Shown here piece after piece: positions 8,636-16,405 of a stretch of 64,000 bases of DNA. The stretch is taken from the NCBI GenBank assembly GCA_963638045.1, contig CAVHPV010000002.1, positions 8 to 64,007 of the forward strand, given 5' to 3'. This DNA comes from Faecalibacterium sp. CAG:74 (lineage in GTDB: Bacteria > Spirochaetota > Spirochaetia > Sphaerochaetales > Sphaerochaetaceae). Every line of letters begins with the position of its first letter. Position 1 is the first letter of the stretch. The notes beneath the pieces are model-generated. The model searched no databases, was not told the origin of the DNA, and was given only the letters and a program-made list of their open reading frames with translations. Made by a program: the position numbers and the translations under genes.

Positions 8636-10348
8636 TTAAGGATGAGGCCACACTGTGCAGATATACCCGACCATCTCATCACACCGCCTCAATATTGATG
8701 TCTCATTCCATGCATCAAAGCCACCAAGACTTTGGCTAATGCGGATAGGAGTATAGCGGTAGCCATAGTTGAAACCGTCCGGGGCATTACCTCTCCAGTC
8801 TCTCTTGAATCCGAAGCGATAATCTCCCATACGGGCATTCTCTCCTCTTGGAAGAATAGTCAGATTTCCCAATGTATGCTGGAATCTATCATGAATAACC
8901 TGTGCTTCTGCTCCCAGGTCAAGTTCCCAATTATAGTCATCAATGTTCTGAACATTCTCCTTTGGAAAAGCAGCCGTATGCATAGTTTCAGGAAGAATAT
9001 GCTCGATAGTTGGGTCTACTAAGGAGAATGCAGGATTAAGAGATTTCTCAATTCTCTCAAGGTAGTAGTATGCGCTCATTAAGCTATAGAAGTCACCATA
9101 ATGCAGATAGTTCAATATTTCATTATCATCAGGCATTCTTTGTTTGCCAGGAAGGTTATTGATGCACTCGATAAAGTCATTCAGGCTGTCAGAATGAGAT
9201 AGGAACATTATCATGGCAGTACCCAATGAATTCGTCGGAACACGGAGAATATCTCTCCTCACTATATAAGACTCGAGGTACCTCAGGATGGCAATTGTGT
9301 CATCAACTAAGACAGTGTGTTTGTCCCACTGATTCAATATCTTAAGAATCAACGGAATAAATATGTCTTTTCCAGTGTAGGAAATATACTTTAGGAGAGT
9401 TGCAATGTCTCTATTTCTAAATGAGTTATTAAGATATTTTGCATAGAGTTTAGCATACTGATGTATCTCAGCAAGAATACTCTCGATGCCTTCAACACTA
9501 CCGGAACTCATAATGAATGTCTTCTTGAAAACGCAGTAGTATTCTTTCTGATCAAGAAGAGTACAGGCTTTAAGTCTTGTAAAATAAAAGAGAAAATCAT
9601 CCATTTTATCAAGAATAAGATCCTCAACAGGTTTCCAATACTGAATGTAGAGCCGATTTTGGTCTCTACTTGTAAGTCCCATAAAAATCCAATTACGCAC
9701 CAGATCGACTTTATTTAAATCAACACCAGTGTCATTTACAGCTTCAAACAGAAGCTGAGGATTCTCATTTGCCTCCAAGGTCACAAGTGCAAGTTGTGCC
9801 TTACTTATACCATCAAAGATAATTGTCGGATTATATTTTTTATCGACCAGACTCTTAAGGAAGAAGTTATAGTTTTCGGACATCTTCCCGTCTCCAATTA
9901 CCCCATGCAGAAGGCTTATATATTCATTCCTGTCTGTACCTTCTTTCGGAAGTAACTTTGTAAACAAGCTTGTGTTTATTAATGCATCATTTACAAGGTA
10001 AATTTTCTTTATATTACCAAGAATTGCTGATGTAGTGTCAGGCACAGTCTGAACAGGATAATCACTCCAGTATCTCTCCAAAGCAAGCAGGAGAAGTGTA
10101 ATCGTTGTGGTTCTCTGCTGTCCATCTATTACATTGTAGACATTTACAACTCCTGCAGCCTGTTCCTCTTTCAAAATGATTGACCCGACATAATGATTAG
10201 CATTCCCGGGAGTCCCGGCCTTGATAATATCCTCCAATAACTTCTCGCAATTCTCTTTCCCCCAGGCATAATTCCTTTGGTAGATAGGAATCTGGTACTG
10301 CTTGATTCCTGACAAAAGCGAAAAGAAGTCGCTCGGTGTAATTCTCAT
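8636..10348 (-). CDS. GmrSD-like type IV restriction endonuclease candidate (DUF262 N-terminal + DUF1524 His-Me/HNH C-terminal domain)
   Basis: 570 aa. QIPIYQRNYAWGKENCEKLLEDI and VIDGQQRTTT (DUF262 / ParB-like DGQQR motif). C-terminal IEHILPE ... HTLGNLTILPRGENARMGD (DUF1524). Strong SD AAGGAGG upstream of the ATG at 10348. Confidence 0.8.
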   Translation of the reverse strand: MRITPSDFFSLLSGIKQYQIPIYQRNYAWGKENCEKLLEDIIKAGTPGNANHYVGSIILKEEQAAGVVNVYNVIDGQQRTTTITLLLLALERYWSDYPVQTVPDTTSAILGNIKKIYLVNDALINTSLFTKLLPKEGTDRNEYISLLHGVIGDGKMSENYNFFLKSLVDKKYNPTIIFDGISKAQLALVTLEANENPQLLFEAVNDTGVDLNKVDLVRNWIFMGLTSRDQNRLYIQYWKPVEDLILDKMDDFLFYFTRLKACTLLDQKEYYCVFKKTFIMSSGSVEGIESILAEIHQYAKLYAKYLNNSFRNRDIATLLKYISYTGKDIFIPLILKILNQWDKHTVLVDDTIAILRYLESYIVRRDILRVPTNSLGTAMIMFLSHSDSLNDFIECINNLPGKQRMPDDNEILNYLHYGDFYSLMSAYYYLERIEKSLNPAFSLVDPTIEHILPETMHTAAFPKENVQNIDDYNWELDLGAEAQVIHDRFQHTLGNLTILPRGENARMGDYRFGFKRDWRGNAPDGFNYGYRYTPIRISQSLGGFDAWNETSILRRCDEMVGYICTVWPHP

Positions 10349-10506
10349 AATATTTCTCCTCCTTCAAAGCTTCTTATCTAAAGCAACCAAAATAAAAAGT
10401 TCCCCCTAAACAAAAAGCTATAACCAGAAGGGGAACCGTCAGGTTATAGCAATAAAGTAAAAATGGAATATTAATTTTATTTCCATTAAATACAATGTTT
10501 AAATCA

Positions 10507-10527
10507 CCGGCATTCAAACAATGCCGG
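10507..10527 (-). terminator. Hairpin downstream of the intact lipoprotein gene
   Basis: CCGGCAT-tcaaaca-ATGCCGG, 9 nt after the stop at 10536. The right arm lies inside the repeat. The left arm lies outside it but is still complementary. Confidence 0.4.
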
Positions 10528-12037
10528 CATCATTCTTACAGGGTCTCGAAGAATGACAAGGTACCATCCCCAAGGATTCTGAATCCACCAGCTGTCAACT
10601 GGATCGCTTCGTTGTCACTAATTTGCCAACCTGTGTTTTCAGCAAATGAATAGCTAACCCCTCTACTTGTGGTGTACCCATTATAATCCAGGTCCAGAAT
10701 AACTCCCTTTTTCACAACAAAGGAGTCAGTTTCAACACTAGTTTTATTCACCCAGTATTTTATTTCAGCCACGACACTTCCAGTCTCGCTCTTTGTAATT
10801 CCTTCGACTGTGGTCGACGAGGTGTCCGTTTGTATACCAATAAGAGCTTTTTCAGCACTGAGGAGAACGGCTTTGTAGCTGGCAACAGCAGTTTCATCCA
10901 GTGTAGCCGAGCCGGAAGCAGAAGCAGCCTTGATTGCATCTGCGATACTTGTCCCAGGGGTAGCTTCGCTATTTACTGTCAGGAGGGTTTTTATTGCAGA
11001 TCTTGCTCCCGAGCCATCAGCCTTCCCCATTTTCTTCAAGATTTCATCCGCAGCCTTCAGAGTATCAGCAACCTTCTGCATCACAGCTGCAGCGTTTGTG
11101 CCTGTCGTTGCTGTAGTAAATTTGTTCGTGCTTCCACCATACTTCCACGCAGTCTTAGCAGCCTCCAGAGCATCGTCTGCGGTAGTCATTGCGACCGGAT
11201 CGCTTGACTTATTCACAGTCACTTCGCAATAGTTTTTGGCATAATATCCGCATTTTGTGCATGTAGCTTTCTGCTCGTCTGTTCTTCCGGTTGTGGTATC
11301 GTAGATATGAGCAACAGGATAGTATTCTAGTCCACACACATCACAGCATACATAGTGGTCTGTCCCGTCCATCAGGTTGTTACTCATGAAAGACATCAGT
11401 TTAAAATTAGAATCATTTCCAACAAATGTCGATCTGTCATTTTCAGCACTGCTCGTGCCATAAAGGTGATTGTGATTCTCGATGAAGACAATTTTGCAGG
11501 TTTTGGATTCAGCAGCTGTATATGCATTACTGCTATTATCCGAACTCACAACCCAAGCTCCAGTTGAATCTTTTGAGAGATAAATTCCACTGCTTAGCTT
11601 CAATGCACGTTCTTTTGTATCTTTGCAATCAAAGCGATCTACAAATTCTGCAGTCGCAACACTGCTAGCCTCTGTCGTTGTCCACCCTTTCCCGTCAGCA
11701 CAAGAAGATTCAATCTTTTTCACGGTCAGACCATCCGCATTCTCTACAATATCTCCATAAGTAATATTGGTAATATTTCCGTTAGAATCCAATGTATAGC
11801 CGACTAAGGTTCCAACCATATATTTATAAGTTGGAGCAGCTGTTCCACTTGTTTCCACAGGCTTATTCAAATACCCAAGAGACTCAAGGCAAGATGCACA
11901 ATATGCTTCGTAACTTACAGGTGTAAATTCTGTTGCAGCAACGGTTTTATCCTTTTCATAATGAGCATCATCTTCGCTTATCCCACCTGCAACATTTATT
12001 TTTCCGTCGGCAGTAAGATAATTTACATATGCACCAT
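10519..12037. repeat. 1,519-bp direct repeat, right copy (partner 7029-8547)
   Basis: See the left copy. This copy lies entirely within the intact lipoprotein gene and its terminator arm. Confidence 0.95.
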
Positions 12038-12401
12038 TTTTTAAAACTGCATGCGGGACTTTCATTCCAGCTTCAGCAGCTTCCTTTGGAGTAACGATCT
12101 CCTGGAATTCTGCACCACACACCTGACAACGATATGTATAGATACCGTCCTGAACACAATTCAAAGGCTGTTCTTCTTTTTTAACGGCATTTTTAGCATG
12201 ACTATGACCAAGAGCGGCAACAGTCTCTGTCTTAGTTTCTCCACATGTGGTACATGTGAATGTTATCTCACCAGTCGTTGTACATGATGGTGCCAAGGTC
12301 TGTTTTCCTTCATCCCACGTATGCTTGTGGTTTTCAGGTGAACATGCCACGGCAACAAACACCAAGACAACCAACATTACGATTGATAATGTTTTCTTCA
12401 T
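10536..12401 (-). CDS. Surface lipoprotein with N-terminal His/Cys (zinc-ribbon-like) modules
   Basis: 621 aa. Signal peptide MKKTLSIVMLVVLVFVAVAC with a lipobox Cys. The mature N-terminus carries HKHTW...CTTCGE and GHSH...CQVCGA modules. Confidence 0.8.
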   Translation of the reverse strand: MKKTLSIVMLVVLVFVAVACSPENHKHTWDEGKQTLAPSCTTTGEITFTCTTCGETKTETVAALGHSHAKNAVKKEEQPLNCVQDGIYTYRCQVCGAEFQEIVTPKEAAEAGMKVPHAVLKNGAYVNYLTADGKINVAGGISEDDAHYEKDKTVAATEFTPVSYEAYCASCLESLGYLNKPVETSGTAAPTYKYMVGTLVGYTLDSNGNITNITYGDIVENADGLTVKKIESSCADGKGWTTTEASSVATAEFVDRFDCKDTKERALKLSSGIYLSKDSTGAWVVSSDNSSNAYTAAESKTCKIVFIENHNHLYGTSSAENDRSTFVGNDSNFKLMSFMSNNLMDGTDHYVCCDVCGLEYYPVAHIYDTTTGRTDEQKATCTKCGYYAKNYCEVTVNKSSDPVAMTTADDALEAAKTAWKYGGSTNKFTTATTGTNAAAVMQKVADTLKAADEILKKMGKADGSGARSAIKTLLTVNSEATPGTSIADAIKAASASGSATLDETAVASYKAVLLSAEKALIGIQTDTSSTTVEGITKSETGSVVAEIKYWVNKTSVETDSFVVKKGVILDLDYNGYTTSRGVSYSFAENTGWQISDNEAIQLTAGGFRILGDGTLSFFETL

Positions 12402-12454
12402 AAATAATTTACCCCTTTGGGACAGAAGTCCCTCAATTTTTACTTTTCAAAGAG

Positions 12455-12484
12455 AGTATACCCCCCCCCGTATATTTTTTGCAA
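12455..12484 (-). promoter_or_regulatory. Candidate sigma-70 promoter of the lipoprotein gene with a G9 homopolymer in the spacer
   Basis: The minus strand reads TTGCAA (12484-12479), aaaatatacGGGGGGGGG (18-nt spacer; C9 on the + strand at 12461-12469), TATACT (12460-12455). It lies about 55 nt upstream of the ATG at 12401. Confidence 0.6.
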
Positions 12485-12549
12485 GTGTTTTATTGAACTG
12501 ATGAAGGAAAAATATAGAAGTTATATGAGTTTTCGGGGCTTCCGGGCAA

Positions 12550-12581
12550 TAAAAAATCCCATAGGAGAGGCCCTACGGGAT
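12550..12581 (-). terminator. Rho-independent terminator after the SIMPL lipoprotein gene
   Basis: The minus strand reads ATCCCGTAGG-gcctct-CCTATGGGAT followed by TTTTTT. It lies 26 nt downstream of the stop at 12607. Confidence 0.7.
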
Positions 12582-12606
12582 GTGTATCTTCTTATTTCGA
12601 GTTGAG

Positions 12607-13329
12607 TTATCTAAGTTCGAAGACTGCTGTGACTGTTGCTGATACGCTTAAGTCTCCTGCATAGTAAGTTGTAGAAGAATAGCTGTCTGCTGCGGCTGCC
12701 TCGGCAAACATCATCTTGGAATTGGAGTAGTCATAGGAAGAATAGGAGACGGATCCCTCGGCAAGGGAGACTACCTTCCCCACTGTCATATTCACTCCCT
12801 TGGCATAATCGGATGCTTTCTCCAGGGCACTTATTGCCGCTCCTTCACGTGCTTTCTTCACATCCTCTGTCGTATCGAGCTTCGAATATGATATCGAGGA
12901 AATCGAGATCCCGTCGAGAACACTGAGCCTGTCATAGACCTTTCCAGCCTTTTCCAACCCATTCTTTATTGTAATATTAAGGCTCTGTGTTGCTCTCTGC
13001 CCCGAGAGTGTCCTTGAGCCGTCCACCCATTCATAATAAGGATTAATATTCATATAGTTGGTGACTATCTCGTCATCTGTTATACCATACTCATCCTTGA
13101 GGATACTTATTGCCTCACTTATCATTTTACTTGATGCATTCCTTGCTTCTTCTGTTGTAGGCTCCAGGGATTCTGCCGTTATTGTGAATGAAGCTGCATC
13201 AGGAGTGACTGAAACTGAGCTTGTTGCTGTCACTGTTATATATGACTTTTCATTCTTCAAAGTTGAACAGCTTGTGAAAGCTAGAAGCAATACAAATACT
13301 AATAAGATACTGCATGTGAGTTTTTTCAT
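12607..13329 (-). CDS. SIMPL/DUF541-domain lipoprotein
   Basis: 240 aa. Lipobox LLAFTSC. ITVTATSSVSVTPD... start and overall beta-rich pattern typical of SIMPL (DUF541). ATGA overlap with the upstream Nudix gene. Confidence 0.6.
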   Translation of the reverse strand: MKKLTCSILLVFVLLLAFTSCSTLKNEKSYITVTATSSVSVTPDAASFTITAESLEPTTEEARNASSKMISEAISILKDEYGITDDEIVTNYMNINPYYEWVDGSRTLSGQRATQSLNITIKNGLEKAGKVYDRLSVLDGISISSISYSKLDTTEDVKKAREGAAISALEKASDYAKGVNMTVGKVVSLAEGSVSYSSYDYSNSKMMFAEAAAADSYSSTTYYAGDLSVSATVTAVFELR

Positions 13330-13907
13330 CTCTTGATTCTCCTTAAACCAGGCTCTTCCTCTGCTTTTCTCATGAAGGCAAAGAGAGCCGAAAGCATGAT
13401 TCCATTCGAATATTGGCCGGTGGCCATATCACGAATGACGTCCTCGACAGGAACGAAGAGGAGTTCTATCTCCTCGTTATCGTCCAGGTTCGGGGCTGAG
13501 ACCTTCCTGAGGTTTCTTGCCAGAAAGAAAGTCTGTCTGTTTGTCAAAAAAGCGGGATTGGGATTGAAAGACGCAAGAAGCTCGAAGTCCGCCTCATAAC
13601 CGGTCTCTTCCATCAATTCCCTTCTTGCACCCTCCAGTGCACTTTCCCCTTCCTCTATTAAACCCGCAGGAAACTCAATGGTTACACTTTCAGATCCGTG
13701 ACGGTATTGTCTCTCCATGAGAAACACCGGTACTCCATCCTCCCGTCTCATCCACGGGATAATTGATGCCCAGTCAGGAAGGGCAAGTGTTATGAACTCT
13801 CCCTTCTTTTCACCATGTGTACGTTCTGATACGTCTACGCTGAAGATGGGGGAAGTGAAGACTCTCCTCTTCTCTCCCACCTTCCACATGAGCTCCTCAT
13901 CCTTCAT
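13326..13907 (-). CDS. NUDIX hydrolase (ADP-ribose pyrophosphatase-like)
   Basis: Nudix box GLIEEGESALEGARRELMEETGY. The start is uncertain (GTG 13943, ATG 13907 or ATG 13889). The ATG at 13907 overlaps the Mrp stop by 11 nt. Confidence 0.75.
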   Translation of the reverse strand: MKDEELMWKVGEKRRVFTSPIFSVDVSERTHGEKKGEFITLALPDWASIIPWMRREDGVPVFLMERQYRHGSESVTIEFPAGLIEEGESALEGARRELMEETGYEADFELLASFNPNPAFLTNRQTFFLARNLRKVSAPNLDDNEEIELLFVPVEDVIRDMATGQYSNGIMLSALFAFMRKAEEEPGLRRIKR

Positions 13908-14820
13908 TTTTCTTACTCGGACAGTTTGATGTGCAATGCGCACATGCCTCAGGAGAGCAGGAGGAAGTACCGAGGTAGTTCATCTCACGTCCTGTCGTAC
14001 ATGCATCTCCCTTCTCGAGTTTCTCTGCTATCTTATATAAAGCTTCAGCACTTGGATGTGTTGTATCCTTAATCCAGTCATCTCCCCTGTCTTCACTTTC
14101 CATAAGATCGAGCTCCATCGGAATAGAACCGAGTAATGGTGTATTCATCTCGAGTGCCATGTTCCTTCCACCATTTCTGCCGAATACGGGAATCTCGGTG
14201 CCGCAATTGGGACACTTGAGTCCTGACATATTTTCTATTACTCCGATAATTGGAACACCGCACTTACGGGCAAATGTAACGGAGCGTCTGCTGTCGAGTA
14301 TTGCAACACTCTGAGGTGTTGTGACAATGATTGCACCGGTAAGGTCAAGTACAGACTGGACAACAGTGAGCTGTTCATCCCCTGTTCCAGGAGGAGTGTC
14401 TATGATGAGATAGTCCAGCGTACCCCACTCCGTATCACCTAAGAATTGTCTGATAACACCCATCTTCATTGCTCCCCTCCAGATGATTGCATCATCCGGA
14501 TCGGGAAGAGCAAAGGCAAGCGACATGACTTCCATCCCGTCGTCAGTGACGACAGGAAGCATCGTCTTCCCATCAGGGGACATGAGCTCGGCATCCTTCA
14601 CCCCAAGCATCTTGGCCACATTGGGGCCGTGTATATCACAATCGAGGATACCGACGGAGCATCCCATCTTGGAGAGAGCGCGGGCAAGGTTTACTGTGAC
14701 AGTTGTCTTACCGACTCCACCTTTACCCGACATCACAATTATCTTACGCTTTATAAGGCACATTCTTTCATCTATACGTTCAGATTGAAGATCGTATTCA
14801 CTTTTCTCTGTGTTTTCCAT
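13897..14820 (-). CDS. Mrp/ApbC/NBP35-family Fe-S cluster carrier ATPase
   Basis: Deviant Walker A VMSGKGGVGKTTV, CPNCG motif, Cys-rich C-terminal tail. SD AAGGAG 6 nt upstream of the ATG. Confidence 0.85.
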   Translation of the reverse strand: MENTEKSEYDLQSERIDERMCLIKRKIIVMSGKGGVGKTTVTVNLARALSKMGCSVGILDCDIHGPNVAKMLGVKDAELMSPDGKTMLPVVTDDGMEVMSLAFALPDPDDAIIWRGAMKMGVIRQFLGDTEWGTLDYLIIDTPPGTGDEQLTVVQSVLDLTGAIIVTTPQSVAILDSRRSVTFARKCGVPIIGVIENMSGLKCPNCGTEIPVFGRNGGRNMALEMNTPLLGSIPMELDLMESEDRGDDWIKDTTHPSAEALYKIAEKLEKGDACTTGREMNYLGTSSCSPEACAHCTSNCPSKKNEG

Positions 14821-14905
14821 TTTTAATCTCCTTAGTGCATATTACCCCAAACTCCTCACATGATTCCAGAGAGCGGGGATGATGGTTCACTCCCTTACCT
14901 GTCCT

Positions 14906-15793
14906 TCAACCGAGGGATGCTACAAAACCGTCATACATCATTTTAGTCATTTCTGCGGAGAAACCGGAATTCTCCAGGAACTTCTTGTACTTCTCAAGCA
15001 TTCCTCTTCTCTCTTCAGCTTTACCCTCGGCTTTACCCTCAGCTTTACCCTCAGCTTCTCTAATATCACCCTCTCTCTCAACCATCGCCTCGATGATTCT
15101 TTCCTGTCTCTCTATGCTGCTCATTATACCCTCAACCTCCCGTCTATGTTCTGAAAGATATTCCCTCATCGCTACTGTATCCTCACACTCAAGACAATAC
15201 TCTATCGTTCTCTCCACCGCCTCTGCAGTGCGTCCATACAGGGAACGGAACTCATCATACTTTTCACAGAAGATGCAATACGCCCTGAGTATACCCGTTG
15301 TATTTTCCTCTGTTAATATTTTAACCCTTATTTTCAGCGTCTGTCCCGAAAAACCGCAAAGCTCATCCTCGTAGTAATCAGGAACAGGTTTCTTTCCCGT
15401 ATACACCACAGCAAAATACAGGTCCGGCATACCTGTGGCATTCCTCTCATCATATTGCTCAAGCTCAAAGCGGGGATACACAGTGTAAATCGTCTCACAG
15501 AAATAGCTGTTGAGCCTGTATGTTATGTTCGGGCAGACTGTGGACTGTGCCTCAATCATATAGAGCTCCTTACCCTTTACAGTGAAACCCAGGTCATTGT
15601 GTATTCCGTATGCCAGAATATTGCCGAGAGTGACTATCTTCATGTCCTCTTCCCTGACAGTCGTATCATCTCCACCGAGACAGAGATAAAGCTCTCTGAC
15701 ATATCGCGGAATGGAGAAGAGGTGAGTGAAGACAGAATCTTTCAGATTGTATCTCACACGTCTCTTTCTCTTCTTCTGTGATTTTTCCTCCAT
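14906..15793 (-). CDS. Rpn-family recombination-promoting nuclease / PD-(D/E)XK putative transposase
   Basis: HNDLGFTVKGKELYMIEAQS (D...E-x-Q core of the PD-(D/E)XK Rpn/YhgA-like family). Start placed at MEEKSQKKRKRR. The C-terminal region contains an (EGKA)x3 repeat. Confidence 0.65.
   Translation of the reverse strand: MEEKSQKKRKRRVRYNLKDSVFTHLFSIPRYVRELYLCLGGDDTTVREEDMKIVTLGNILAYGIHNDLGFTVKGKELYMIEAQSTVCPNITYRLNSYFCETIYTVYPRFELEQYDERNATGMPDLYFAVVYTGKKPVPDYYEDELCGFSGQTLKIRVKILTEENTTGILRAYCIFCEKYDEFRSLYGRTAEAVERTIEYCLECEDTVAMREYLSEHRREVEGIMSSIERQERIIEAMVEREGDIREAEGKAEGKAEGKAEERRGMLEKYKKFLENSGFSAEMTKMMYDGFVASLG
15018..15053. repeat. 12-bp tandem repeat x3 inside the Rpn-family gene
   Basis: GCTTTACCCTC(G/A) repeated three times in frame, encoding EGKAEGKAEGKA. 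Confidence 0.9.
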
Positions 15794-16127
15794 GAAAAAC
15801 CTCCTACATATCTTTAAGACAGGTTTTTTCCGGAAAATGTCATCATTTTTCTTCAACTTTTGCGAATATGGTGAACATAGCCGCTTTTTTGAGGCCGGAT
15901 CGGCTGAGAAGGACAGATGTCTCTCCTCTTTTCATCCAGAGAAAGAAGCCAGAAAGCATGGCTCATTTCAGCCAGGAGATAATAAAACTGTGAGAAATAA
16001 CAAGTTATTTAACATTTTCTGCTGTATATGTTAAATAGTCTTTACAATAGTGACGGATACTTGAATTCAAATCTAAATCTTTAGTAAAATTAAATAAAAT
16101 CTAATTTCCAGATTAGGAGACAAATAT

Positions 16128-16400
16128 ATGTTGGCATTATTAACAAATCTGCCTAGTGCATATCTCAATGCACAGCTTAAAGACGGAATCGTGTTAATGT
16201 TCCTTGGTATGATTGTTGTCTTCATTTTCCTGACCATTCTTATTTATTCAATCAAACTCATGTCTAAGATTGTCGGGAAGAATGCGGTAGCAGAAGAACC
16301 AAAGAAGAAGGTTGCTACTAAACCTGCAACAGTAGCTAAAACAAATGACGACGAGAAAGTTGCAGTGGCTATTGCAGCTTCTGTCAACAAGGGAAGGTAA
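16128..16400 (+). CDS. oadG: Oxaloacetate decarboxylase gamma subunit
   Basis: 90 aa, one N-terminal TM helix and a Lys/Ala/Pro-rich tail. Sits immediately upstream of the alpha and beta subunits. Confidence 0.75.
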   Translation: MLALLTNLPSAYLNAQLKDGIVLMFLGMIVVFIFLTILIYSIKLMSKIVGKNAVAEEPKKKVATKPATVAKTNDDEKVAVAIAASVNKGR

Positions 16401-16405
16401 TTAAA

